Positions 1-8,731 of a stretch of DNA of 42,064 nt are shown piece after piece. The position numbers and the translations under genes were made by a program. How positions within the stretch are numbered: the first letter of the stretch is position 1; each line of letters starts with the position of its first letter. The notes beneath the pieces are model-generated. The model did no database searches, was not told where the DNA came from, and saw only the letters and a list, made by a program, of their open reading frames with translations. The stretch comes from a virus. The stretch lies in the UHGV virus genome UHGV-0178365. The stretch is one strand, 5' to 3'.

Positions 1-59
1 TTTCTGTATCGCGGAACCAACACAAACACGCACGTTGCATGGCTGGCCGTCCTCTAGCC

Positions 60-77
60 TAGCTTTCCGTATCCCAG
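60..77 (+). repeat. Copy 1 of the 17-bp repeat TAGCTTTCCGTATCCCA(g); its TAG is a stop codon
   Basis: Exact match to copies at 378-394 and, inverted, at 1013-1029. One-mismatch copy at 41873-41889. Confidence 0.8.
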
Positions 78-101
78 GCCGCTGTTGGCAACTGGGCCAC
101 A

Positions 102-380
102 TTGCAAACATACGGCAAAATTGCCGTGCTGGATGTCGAGCTGATCATCACCGGGACAATGCAGCCGTGGCAAACCCTCAAAAACAGTGAGCTGCCGACC
201 GGCATCGCTGCGGCTAAGACTGCGTTCGGCGTCGTGGCGGTCGAAAGCTACGGAGAGGCGACTCTTGACGTCACGGTCGAAGGATCCAGGGCTTTTCTGC
301 GAAACAGGGGCGCTTCCGCCATCACGATGTCGCAGAAGGGAGCCTATGCTCACGGCCAAGCCGTGTTTTTTTTGGCGTAG
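102..380 (+). CDS. Hypothetical small protein, cassette ORF A. Start uncertain: TTG at 102 or ATG at the MQPWQ motif. Opposite strand to the tail genes.
   Basis: Open frame ending in the TAG of repeat copy 2. No recognisable domain. GC lower than the phage average. Confidence 0.3.
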   Translation: MQTYGKIAVLDVELIITGTMQPWQTLKNSELPTGIAAAKTAFGVVAVESYGEATLDVTVEGSRAFLRNRGASAITMSQKGAYAHGQAVFFLA

Positions 381-395
381 CTTTCCGTATCCCAG
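378..395 (+). repeat. Copy 2 of the 17-bp repeat; its TAG is the stop of ORF A
   Basis: Identical to copy 1. Confidence 0.8.
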
Positions 396-425
396 CGCGA
401 GCTGATATGGTCGGGAGCGTTCTTC

Positions 426-758
426 ATGCGGGCTACGCAGTCGATTCAGATCCCGAAGGGCGTCAACGCGTACTCCACAGGAATCATGCTCGTTTGGTCG
501 GCGTATGCGGACGGGGTGGCGCAGGATTACAACTTCCACAGCTTCATTGTACCTAAGGAGGTCGTTTCCAGTCATAACGGCTTTGGCCACAATTTTTTCC
601 TAGCCACGCAGTGGTTCAGCAGCTTCGCGGACAAGTACGTTTACATCAACGAGAACAGCCTGGTCGGGCACGAGAGGAACGATGCCTCGGGGACCGGCGC
701 TTCGGGGGTGGTGTACGATAACAGAGCATTCGTTTTGCGCGAAGTATGGGGCGTATAG
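426..758 (+). CDS. Hypothetical protein, cassette ORF B
   Basis: ATG preceded by GGGAG. Ends in the TAG of a partial repeat copy (756-765, tagctttccg). Lower GC than neighbours. Confidence 0.4.
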   Translation: MRATQSIQIPKGVNAYSTGIMLVWSAYADGVAQDYNFHSFIVPKEVVSSHNGFGHNFFLATQWFSSFADKYVYINENSLVGHERNDASGTGASGVVYDNRAFVLREVWGV

Positions 759-765
759 CTTTCCG
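756..765 (+). repeat. Partial (10 of 17 bp) copy of the repeat
   Basis: tagctttccg, then divergence. Confidence 0.5.
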
Positions 766-771
766 CGCTCG

Positions 772-1008
772 TCACGGAACGGCGATCCATGCGACCCGAG
801 GGCCGCGAGGGCCTTGCGAGGCGTTGGCGACGCAGATATCGAAGCCGTCCGTCGCAACGTTGCACGCGCAGACCGTCACGGATCCGTACACGTACGTCAG
901 CTCCGCATCCAGCGACGCTACTACGGCTGGTTTTGATTTGTACGGCTCTCCGAACGCGACATGCGTCATGCTCGTCCCATTCGGCGGGGCCTCGTTCGCT
1001 TTCATCAC
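772..1008 (-). CDS. Hypothetical small Cys-containing protein, cassette ORF C, co-directional with and immediately downstream of the tail-fibre gene
   Basis: GTG/ATG start 4-8 nt after the inverted repeat copy. In frame with the tail-fibre stop. Confidence 0.3.
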   Translation of the reverse strand: MMKANEAPPNGTSMTHVAFGEPYKSKPAVVASLDAELTYVYGSVTVCACNVATDGFDICVANASQGPRGPRVAWIAVP

Positions 1009-1012
1009 GCCA

Positions 1013-1029
1013 TGGGATACGGAAAGCTA
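1013..1029 (-). repeat. Inverted copy of the 17-bp repeat, 3 nt after the tail-fibre stop codon
   Basis: The plus strand reads tgggatacggaaagcta. The minus strand reads TAG gca TAGCTTTCCGTATCCCA. Confidence 0.8.
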
Positions 1030-1032
1030 TGC

Positions 1033-1848
1033 CTATATCAGGTAGTACGAGAACGTGCTTATTAAACGCGTCAAAGTCTTTTCCGCCTCCATGCTCCATA
1101 CTTTCATCGTGCCGTCTGACGACACCTCTGCAGCCGCATTAACGCTGTCTCCGCTGATTGGCAGACGCTGCCAGCTTCGCGGCCTCGCTATCTCGGGTAT
1201 GACGCATAGCTTGGCTCCGGACGTTCCGATCGACGTGCCGGAGACGTTCGCGAAGCCGACGACGAGCGTCCCGTACCGGACGAACCGAACCTTTCCCGTG
1301 CCGGTAGCGGGTGCAGCTTCCGCTACCTGGGATACGGAATTCCAAGCGTCCTTCGCAGAGGTGAATTCTTTGAAAAGCTGCACCGGCGTGCCGACCGTGA
1401 TGCCGTTAAGAGGGATGCGCCACAGGGGCATGTCATTCGCCAACGCGTTGCCGTTGAGGATGTCTCCGCGCGTGTACGACGGGTCGGCCGGCGTGCCGGT
1501 CGTGGGCGTGCCCTTGATGACGACGAGGCTCACGGACTCGACGCCCGTGGATGCGTTCTTGGCGTAGCGGGCCACCACCAGGTCGTTGCGTTTCTGGCTC
1601 TGCGTGCCGGTCTGCACCGTCAGGTCGACTCCAGCCGCGTCGACCCAGAAATGGCGACCCTGCATCATGGCGTTGCCGGAGGAGATATGCACCTTGTTGG
1701 ACGATGCCATGGTGGCCTTGAGCTTGTCGTCCTTGACGCCTGCGAACACGTACTCTCCGGAGCCGAGCGCCCCCGCGTTGAACTTCGCCACGTCGAGGGA
1801 CGAGATATGCGCCTTGCCCGTGAAGCCGGTTACCAGCTCGATGCCCAT
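1033..1848 (-). CDS. Putative distal tail fibre / receptor-binding protein; the last structural gene
   Basis: Position after the tail-fibre paralogs. Gly/Thr/Ser-rich. Start ATG at 1848 with GGAAGGAG RBS, overlapping the upstream stop (TAATG). Confidence 0.45.
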   Translation of the reverse strand: MGIELVTGFTGKAHISSLDVAKFNAGALGSGEYVFAGVKDDKLKATMASSNKVHISSGNAMMQGRHFWVDAAGVDLTVQTGTQSQKRNDLVVARYAKNASTGVESVSLVVIKGTPTTGTPADPSYTRGDILNGNALANDMPLWRIPLNGITVGTPVQLFKEFTSAKDAWNSVSQVAEAAPATGTGKVRFVRYGTLVVGFANVSGTSIGTSGAKLCVIPEIARPRSWQRLPISGDSVNAAAEVSSDGTMKVWSMEAEKTLTRLISTFSYYLI

Positions 1849-2081
1849 TATTGCGCTCCTTCCAGGTACGAGTTCACGGCCTTGTCGTTGGCCTCGGCCA
1901 CGGCCTTGTAGCCGGGGTAGCAGTCGGGGCACAGCGTGATGGTCGCCTCCACGCCGTCGGCGGTCAGGCGCTTCACCGTCTTCCAGGATCCCGTGCGGGG
2001 ATCGTTGCCCTGCAGGTACTCGACCGTGTCGCACGTCTTGCGGTCGCACGCGAGCCTGCTGTATCCGTCCGTCTTGGCCAT
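1848..2081 (-). CDS. Small zinc-ribbon-like protein (CxxC...CxxC)
   Basis: Four Cys in two pairs. Sits between tail-fibre genes. Confidence 0.35.
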   Translation of the reverse strand: MAKTDGYSRLACDRKTCDTVEYLQGNDPRTGSWKTVKRLTADGVEATITLCPDCYPGYKAVAEANDKAVNSYLEGAQ

Positions 2082-2091
2082 GGGGCCTCCC

Positions 2092-2559
2092 TTACTTCGT
2101 GCGCTTCCATTTGTACGGCCCGAGGCTGGGCTCCTGCTGCCAGGTGCCGCCCCAGGCCGTGGGGTTGGTTCCGTCGGTCTCCATGTACGAGCCGACCCGG
2201 TGGGCTGCCAGGAACATGGCCTGGTCGGTCGGCGGGATCGCCTTCAGCACGCCGTCGCCGTCCACCGTGGTGGTCGTGCCGTCCGGCCTGACCGCCCCTA
2301 TCGCCGTGGAGGTCGCCTTGTCCATCGCCTGATTGGGATGCACGTGGTCCGCGTTGGCCACGATGCCGTTGGCCGTGCCGGCGGAGGCCGTCCCGTTCGC
2401 AGCCGCGGCCGACGACGAGAGCTTGACGTGCCCGTAGCTGCCGGACGAAGCCGCTCCGTACGAGGTGTCGGCCGACGCGTGGCTCTTGGGGGCTAGCGTC
2501 GATTTCAGCTTGGCGACCAGGTACCGGAGCCCGTCGGCGGTCAACGCTTTGAAGGCCAT
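2092..2559 (-). CDS. Tail-fibre-like protein; N-terminal 22 aa paralogous to the next gene
   Basis: N-terminus MAFKALTADGLRYLVAKLKSTL versus MAIKVTSEGGLLYFLQKLRQLF of 2569..3405. Confidence 0.45.
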   Translation of the reverse strand: MAFKALTADGLRYLVAKLKSTLAPKSHASADTSYGAASSGSYGHVKLSSSAAAANGTASAGTANGIVANADHVHPNQAMDKATSTAIGAVRPDGTTTTVDGDGVLKAIPPTDQAMFLAAHRVGSYMETDGTNPTAWGGTWQQEPSLGPYKWKRTK

Positions 2560-2568
2560 GGGGCGCCC

Positions 2569-3405
2569 CTAGAACATCGCGTCGATGTCGGCGTTGGTCA
2601 CGGTCGAGAGGTCTGCGCTCTTGAGGTAGGGCGACAGGTCGACCATGCCCGCCAGCACGTCCCACATGTACGTGGTTCCCGACGTGTTGACGCACACCAC
2701 GTTGGTGCCCTTAGGGTACGTTTGACCTGCTCCCTCGACGAATGACGCCGTCGTGGTGAACGCGTTGGTGACGTTGTAGACCTTGCCGAGGTTTGCCTTC
2801 GACGGCGCGGGGAGGCTCGCGAAGGCGATGGATCCGGCTGGTTTGTAGGTGGAGCTCACGGCGCTCTCGATGGCCGACTGCAGCTCGCTCTTCGCTGCCC
2901 CGACGGCGCCGTCCACCGAGGACTGCACGTCGGCGGACGTCTGGTATCCGGAGTCGTTCGTCAGCTCGGACACCTTCGCGGGGACGTGGATCGCGGCCGC
3001 CTTGTCGTCAGCGTACTTCTTCGCGCTCGCGAGCGTCGCCTTGTCCCCGGCCGCGATATCCTCGCCGACCGTCGTCGCGACCGCGAAGCCGCTGTCGTTC
3101 GCCAGCTGGGACACCCTCGTCGGCACGTCGGCGGCCGCCGCTATGCCGAGGTCGGCGAGCGACTGGGATCCCTCGAGCGTCCTGCCGTTTATCGACGGCT
3201 TCGCCGTCAAATCGGAGTAGGAGCCGCTGAACACGTGGCTGTCCGCGTTCTCGATCTTCGCGACGAGACCGTCGGTCAGGTTGTTGTCCGACAGCACCTT
3301 GTACTCGCTCGACGAGCCCGTGCGCAGCTCGCGCGGAACGAACAGCTGGCGCAGCTTCTGGAGAAAGTAGAGCAGCCCGCCTTCCGACGTCACCTTGATT
3401 GCCAT
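2569..3405 (-). CDS. Tail fibre protein
   Basis: Repeated VSQLANDSGF / VSELTNDSGYQT motifs typical of phage fibres. Shares the KPSINGRTLEG motif with the upstream gene. Confidence 0.55.
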   Translation of the reverse strand: MAIKVTSEGGLLYFLQKLRQLFVPRELRTGSSSEYKVLSDNNLTDGLVAKIENADSHVFSGSYSDLTAKPSINGRTLEGSQSLADLGIAAAADVPTRVSQLANDSGFAVATTVGEDIAAGDKATLASAKKYADDKAAAIHVPAKVSELTNDSGYQTSADVQSSVDGAVGAAKSELQSAIESAVSSTYKPAGSIAFASLPAPSKANLGKVYNVTNAFTTTASFVEGAGQTYPKGTNVVCVNTSGTTYMWDVLAGMVDLSPYLKSADLSTVTNADIDAMF

Positions 3406-3995
3406 AGTCCGGTCCTTTCGGCCATCTTCTCGTTGAACATCGACTCGATCTCGACGTTTCCCAGCTCGACGACTCCGATGTCCTCGAGCGCCATGTCCCC
3501 CTCGAGCGTCCTCCCGCCGATCGACGGCTTGCCGACCAGGGCGGCGTAGTCCTTGGCCCCTCCGTCGACGATCAGCTGCCGCATCTCGTCCATCAGCCCG
3601 TCGAGCTCGGGGCAGTACGAGCCCGACTCGCCCGCGCCCGCGCTCTCGATCGACGGCAGCACCTCGATCGCGAACGGGCCGGCCGAGTCGACCGCGCCGT
3701 CTCGGACCAGGCGGAAGCAGGCTCCCTCGATGAGGCCCTCGACGGCCGACACCTGCGGCGGGAGCACGTACTCAACCACGCCGCCGGGCTTCGCCGCCGC
3801 CTCCTCGCGCACCCACGTGCCGTCCGGCTTGACCGCCTCGAACCTCGCCTGGGCGTGCGATAGGTCGGCCGGCTCCCCGCCGTCGAGGATATGGGCGCGC
3901 ACGACCGTAGCGTCGGCGTCGCCCCGCATCACGCGCACGGGGGGCCTGTCCCAGTCGGGCTTGCGCAGGTCGAGCCTTATGTCGCATACGTGCAT
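3390..3995 (-). CDS. Baseplate / tail fibre-associated protein
   Basis: C-terminal KPSIGGRTLEGDMALEDIG motif shared with 2569..3405. Position in the tail module. Confidence 0.45.
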   Translation of the reverse strand: MHVCDIRLDLRKPDWDRPPVRVMRGDADATVVRAHILDGGEPADLSHAQARFEAVKPDGTWVREEAAAKPGGVVEYVLPPQVSAVEGLIEGACFRLVRDGAVDSAGPFAIEVLPSIESAGAGESGSYCPELDGLMDEMRQLIVDGGAKDYAALVGKPSIGGRTLEGDMALEDIGVVELGNVEIESMFNEKMAERTGLWQSR

Positions 3996-4016
3996 CCGTC
4001 GATCACCTCGCAGCCA

Positions 4017-5021
4017 TTAAAGCGCCCTTGTCACCCGGCGAGAGGACGCGCCTCCCGCCTCGCACGAGGACGTCACCCCGCGCCTGCCGATGGTCACGAC
4101 CTTGCGCGCTATGGTCGCCGTCACGAAGACCCCGAGACGGCTCTCGCGCCCTCCCACGACGTCGCCGACGTCGAAGTCCGCGTTCGGCAGCTCCGGCACG
4201 TCGCACGTGCTCGCGTCCTGCAGCTCCTTGAGGCGTTTGATCCCCTCCTGCTCGAGGTCGGCGTCCTCGGCCGAGCTGTAGTCGTAGGCGCGCTCCACCT
4301 CGTCGATGCCGAACATGCTCTGCGTCTTGGACACGTTGCCCGACTCGTCTGCGTACAGGTCGATCACGGTCCTCTGGGCGAGCTCGCCCTTGCCTAGGCA
4401 CACGAGGTGGTTGACCGGACGGCTCGCCTGCTTGATCTTGATCGGCGTGCGCCGGCCCTCGAACTCCTCGCGCGACCAGTCGCGGCGCGGCATGGCCGAG
4501 AGCACCACCTTGCCGCCGTCCCAGCGCATGGCGAGCTTCGCGCCGGCGGACGCGAGCATGGCGCGCAGGCCCGCGTAGCCGGCGACGTAGCGCGCGAACC
4601 GGTAGCCGACGCGGATCCCGCTGTCCGACGCGTCGACGGCGAACAGCTCGGCGAGTCCCATCCTGTGGACGAGCTGCAGCAGCACGGCGTTGGCCTCGCC
4701 GGAGACGGACAGGTAGTCCGCGCCCCGGTCCGGGCGCAGCACGCGGCCCTCCAGCACGCCGTGCCACGTGCGCCCTCCGTACACGGCCTTATGGATCCTG
4801 CCGGTGGTGTCCGAGCCGACGTCGTCGACGATCCCTCCGTACTCGGTGCCGTCGACGTAGACGAGCGAGCCGAACGTCAGGCCCTCGGGCGCCGACGCGA
4901 CCGGCATCCGCAGCTCGAACGTATTGGCGTCGCCGCCCCCGTCGCCGAACTCCATGTCCATGGTGCAGTCGTCGAGCGCTCGCAGGTCGCGGCGCGACGC
5001 ATCGGTGCATATCAGGAGCAT
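4017..5021 (-). CDS. Tail-associated protein (Tal-like position)
   Basis: Start MLLICTD with GGAGAGGG RBS. Follows Dit. The longer ORF in the track is an overextension. Confidence 0.45.
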   Translation of the reverse strand: MLLICTDASRRDLRALDDCTMDMEFGDGGGDANTFELRMPVASAPEGLTFGSLVYVDGTEYGGIVDDVGSDTTGRIHKAVYGGRTWHGVLEGRVLRPDRGADYLSVSGEANAVLLQLVHRMGLAELFAVDASDSGIRVGYRFARYVAGYAGLRAMLASAGAKLAMRWDGGKVVLSAMPRRDWSREEFEGRRTPIKIKQASRPVNHLVCLGKGELAQRTVIDLYADESGNVSKTQSMFGIDEVERAYDYSSAEDADLEQEGIKRLKELQDASTCDVPELPNADFDVGDVVGGRESRLGVFVTATIARKVVTIGRRGVTSSCEAGGASSRRVTRAL

Positions 5022-5857
5022 GGCGGCGTGTCCCTCTCCGCGTAGACGGTCAGATCCCAGCCGAAGGCGTTGGACCACGACACCGACGATATTCCGGGGC
5101 GGACGCGCTCCCACATGTACTCTCCGGATCCCTCCTTGCCGCGGATGCGCCCGGCGAACGCGTCGGCCTCGTTCCCGTCGACGTCGCGCACGGTTATCGA
5201 CCAGTCGCGCGAGTCGGCCACGAGGATCCCTCCGTCGGGCACCTCGGCCTCGACGGCGTAGCGGTTGCCGGCGACGACCACGTAGGGGTCGGTCGCGGGG
5301 CCGTACACCACGAGCCTCCACTCGCACGGGCCGTCCGCATCGACGTCGATGCTGCGCAGGGGAGGGTTCGGCGTGTAGTCGTACGGGAAGCCGTACGGGA
5401 AATCGAGCTGCGTGCCGACTACGGCGGGGGAGCGGTCGGGCACGAAGGAGAACTCCTGGGCGCGCGTCCAGACCGGCCTCTCGGCGAGGAGGCGCACCAG
5501 CACCTCGCAGTACGACTCGTCCATCCACCATCGGTCGCGCTCGACGGCCACGGGCACGACCGAGAGCCGCCAGCCGCCTATGCCGATTGAGCCGGGAACA
5601 CCCGTCGATGCGTCGGCTGCGAGCACCGAGCGCAGGCGCTCGCGGGCGGCGAGGCCGTCCTCCCCGTCGGAGCCCTGCACCATGATCGGCAGCTCCCGCT
5701 CGGCCGGATCCCGCGTGAGCGGGCCGACCGAGCCGTTCTCCACCTCGTAGGCCAGCTCGGCGTCGAACAGCGTGTGCTTGCCGTAGTGGTAGACCGACTC
5801 GGGGCCGAGCTCCAGCGTCTCGCCGAGGTGGTTGGCGTACTCGATCCTCATGTCCAT
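5012..5857 (-). CDS. Distal tail protein (Dit, siphovirus tail component)
   Basis: Size and position immediately after the tape measure. Confidence 0.55.
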   Translation of the reverse strand: MDMRIEYANHLGETLELGPESVYHYGKHTLFDAELAYEVENGSVGPLTRDPAERELPIMVQGSDGEDGLAARERLRSVLAADASTGVPGSIGIGGWRLSVVPVAVERDRWWMDESYCEVLVRLLAERPVWTRAQEFSFVPDRSPAVVGTQLDFPYGFPYDYTPNPPLRSIDVDADGPCEWRLVVYGPATDPYVVVAGNRYAVEAEVPDGGILVADSRDWSITVRDVDGNEADAFAGRIRGKEGSGEYMWERVRPGISSVSWSNAFGWDLTVYAERDTPPCS

Positions 5858-8731
5858 CTAGCCCACCCCCAATGCCCTTCTCGCGCCGCGCGCGTTGGAT
5901 ATCGTCACTTCGTCCGGCGAGTTGTCCGCGATCTTGCGCCCGAGGCCGCGATCGAGCCTGTCGACGCGTTCGGTGAGGCGCTCCACTGCGTCGACGATCC
6001 TGCCGGATTCGCCGCCGTCCTCCTTCGGCTTGCGTCCTCGAGGCGACGAGGGCGAGGATCCCGACCTGGCGAGCGCCGCGTCGAGCGCGAACGCGGCGGA
6101 CGACGGAGCGCCGATGCCCGGGAAGTCCGGCACGTCGAACTCCACAGGCACCTCCACGGCGGGCACGTCCATGTCCGCCGCATCGTACACGTCCTCGGCC
6201 ATGGAGCGCATCGCGTCGACGGCCTTGTAGGCTGCCTCGTCGATGCCTTTGGCAAGGCCCTCGTCTACGAACACGCCGATCTTGCGGAAGAGCTTCGACG
6301 GGCTTGCGATTCCCAGGAACGACAGCACCGCGTTGACGCCGCCCGACACAGCGTTCACCGCCGCGCTCACGACGGACCCGGCTGCGCGGCCTATGCCGTC
6401 CACCAGGCCCATGAGCATGTTGTAGCCGGCCGAGGCCAGGCTGCCGGCGAACGAGGCGACCGCGCCGGGCAGCTGGCCGAGCAGCGACCGGAGCGCGCCG
6501 AGCAGCGACCCCGCGATTCCGGGCACGGCCTGGACGATCATGCCGAACAGCTGGCCGGCCGCCGATCCCAGGCTGGGCATCCACGAGCCCACGGTGGAGA
6601 GCACCTGGCTGATCAGCTGGGGCAAAGACGAGATCAGCTGCGGCACCATCTGCAGGAAAGCCGAGACCAGAGCCTTGAACAGGGTGAACCCGGCTTTGAG
6701 CAGGGCCGGTGCGTTTTTGACCAGGATTCCTACCAATTTGCTCACTAAATCGGGCAGCAGAGGGGTCAGCTGGGGGACCATCTCGGCGAAGGCCTCGACC
6801 AGTGCGATGAAGAGCTGCAGCCCCGCGTCCAGGAGCTGCGGAGCCATGGCAACGAGCATGGTCGCGAGCGCCGTGACGAGCTGGACCACCCCGTCGATCA
6901 GCGCCGGCATGATCGTCGGCAAAATCCCGACGACCTGGAGAAACGCCTGCTGGATCGCGGAGAGGAAGGCGGGCAGGTTGTCCACCACCTGCGAGACCAG
7001 CGTGGGGAGGATCTGAGACGCCTGCTCAGCTAGAACCGGCAGATTGGCGGTGATCTGCTGCATGTTGGCAACGAAATCGTCCGCCATCTTCTTCAGGTCG
7101 GCCCCGCCGGCGGCGGCAGCCAGGCCTAGGCCGAGCAGCCCGGTCGCGGCCGCCCCGAGCACGCCGGTCGCCACGGCCGCGCCCTTGGCGAGCCCGCCGG
7201 CTGCCTGTCCGACCTTGCCGAGGGCGCCCTTCGCCTTCTCGGCCGGGCCCGACAGGTCGAGCTTGGCGGCGAACGTGTCCACGGCGTTCTTGGCAGACTC
7301 GCCGAGCACCGACGTCAAACCGCCGACCTTGTCCTTGATGGGGGCGAGCTTCGCTCCGACGGCATCCGAGATGCCCGAGAACTTGGACGCGATCTTGTCC
7401 TTGACCCCGCTGAAAGCCTCGGCGATGTCGTTCTTGGCGTCGCGGAACCCGTAGGCGAGATCCGTCGACAGCTGCTTGGCCGTATCGAACGCGGACTGCG
7501 GGATCAAGCCGTGCGCCAGGCTCCGAGTGAAGTCCTTCGCGGCCGGCAGCGCGGCTCCGAGGATCCCGGACGCGAACTCGCCCGCGCCCTTGGCGGCGGA
7601 TTTGAGCGTCCCTGCGGCGGATGCAACCCCGGACGCGAGCGCGCCGATGGGACCTATGGCGGTGCCGACGAGGGACACGGCCTTGCCAACAATCACGAGG
7701 CCGGGCCCTGCCGCCGCGAGCGCTACCAGCGCCTTAACGATGGCAGCGAATGTCGCGGGATCCATTTTCTCGATCCCACCCGCGATCTTCTCCAGGGCAT
7801 CGCCGACGGCTGAGGCCATGGGCTCGATCGACAAGCCCGCATCGCTCCATTTCTTTGATGCCGCGTCGATGATCGCTGTGGCCTGCTGCACGATGCGGGT
7901 GAGCGAACCGAGGAACTTCGACGATTCGGCATCGGTGGTGCCGTACTCGCCGATGACAGCCAGGCCGAAGTTTCGGATCGAGGACGTCATGGAGTCGCAG
8001 GCGCCCTTGAACGTGTTCTTCAACTCGCCCATCATGCCGCCCATACGAGCGGTTTGGCCGGCCATGCCGTCGGTGCCTTCCTCGATGCCCTCGGCCAGCG
8101 CCTGGATGGCCCATCCCGACTCCACCGCGCCGTCGCTGATGGCCTCCTTCATCTCGTCGATGGATCTGCCGGACTTGTTGGCCAGGATCTGCAGGGCCTG
8201 CACGCCGTTGTCGGACAGCGACCATATCTCCTCAAGGGACACCTGCCCCTGGGCCTGCATCTTGCCGAGGGCGGCGGTGATGGCGCCGAACCCCTCCTGG
8301 CCCTTGCCGGACGCGGCCGCCGCGTCGCCGACGGCGGTGAGGGTCGGTATCACGTTCTCGGCGGCCATGCCCATGGATATGAGCTGCTGGGCGCTCTGCA
8401 TCATGCCGTCGAACTTGAAAGGGGTCTTCTTCGCGAACGTGTAGAGGTCGCCGATCATCTTGGAGGCGGCCTCGCCGCTCCCGAGCATGGTGGTGAACGC
8501 GGTCTGGGCAGACTCGCGCAGGCTCAAAAAGCTCACGGCGGTGCCAACCGCCGCCGTGCCGATGCCGACGATGGGGGCCGTAACGGCCTTCGATATGCCC
8601 TTGCCGAGCGACTGCAGGCCGTTGCCGAGCGCGGCGACCTGCTTCTTGGTCGATTCGGTGATAGAGGAGACAGCCGCCCGGTAGCGCGACGCGTCGCCCG
8701 TTATGTCGATTACTACCTGGCCGTCAGACAT
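5858..8731 (-). CDS. Tail tape measure protein
   Basis: 957 aa, Ala/Gly-rich helical repeats, position between chaperones and Dit. Confidence 0.85.
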   Translation of the reverse strand: MSDGQVVIDITGDASRYRAAVSSITESTKKQVAALGNGLQSLGKGISKAVTAPIVGIGTAAVGTAVSFLSLRESAQTAFTTMLGSGEAASKMIGDLYTFAKKTPFKFDGMMQSAQQLISMGMAAENVIPTLTAVGDAAAASGKGQEGFGAITAALGKMQAQGQVSLEEIWSLSDNGVQALQILANKSGRSIDEMKEAISDGAVESGWAIQALAEGIEEGTDGMAGQTARMGGMMGELKNTFKGACDSMTSSIRNFGLAVIGEYGTTDAESSKFLGSLTRIVQQATAIIDAASKKWSDAGLSIEPMASAVGDALEKIAGGIEKMDPATFAAIVKALVALAAAGPGLVIVGKAVSLVGTAIGPIGALASGVASAAGTLKSAAKGAGEFASGILGAALPAAKDFTRSLAHGLIPQSAFDTAKQLSTDLAYGFRDAKNDIAEAFSGVKDKIASKFSGISDAVGAKLAPIKDKVGGLTSVLGESAKNAVDTFAAKLDLSGPAEKAKGALGKVGQAAGGLAKGAAVATGVLGAAATGLLGLGLAAAAGGADLKKMADDFVANMQQITANLPVLAEQASQILPTLVSQVVDNLPAFLSAIQQAFLQVVGILPTIMPALIDGVVQLVTALATMLVAMAPQLLDAGLQLFIALVEAFAEMVPQLTPLLPDLVSKLVGILVKNAPALLKAGFTLFKALVSAFLQMVPQLISSLPQLISQVLSTVGSWMPSLGSAAGQLFGMIVQAVPGIAGSLLGALRSLLGQLPGAVASFAGSLASAGYNMLMGLVDGIGRAAGSVVSAAVNAVSGGVNAVLSFLGIASPSKLFRKIGVFVDEGLAKGIDEAAYKAVDAMRSMAEDVYDAADMDVPAVEVPVEFDVPDFPGIGAPSSAAFALDAALARSGSSPSSPRGRKPKEDGGESGRIVDAVERLTERVDRLDRGLGRKIADNSPDEVTISNARGARRALGVG

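Noticed and set aside
60-1029. CRISPR array suggested by identical short repeats
   Set aside because: Only 3.5 direct copies, spaced 318 and 378 bp. The would-be spacers are ORFs ending in the repeat. One copy is inverted, and there are no cas genes.
60-1029. Classical integron attC sites, or a diversity-generating retroelement
   Set aside because: The repeats are 17-bp exact copies with no attC R/L box structure (no GTTRRRY core). There is no reverse transcriptase or TR/VR pair in the window.
4003-4767. A 254-aa ORF overlapping the tail-associated protein gene
   Set aside because: Arg-rich junk in an alternate frame. The tail-associated protein gene (4017..5021) accounts for the region.
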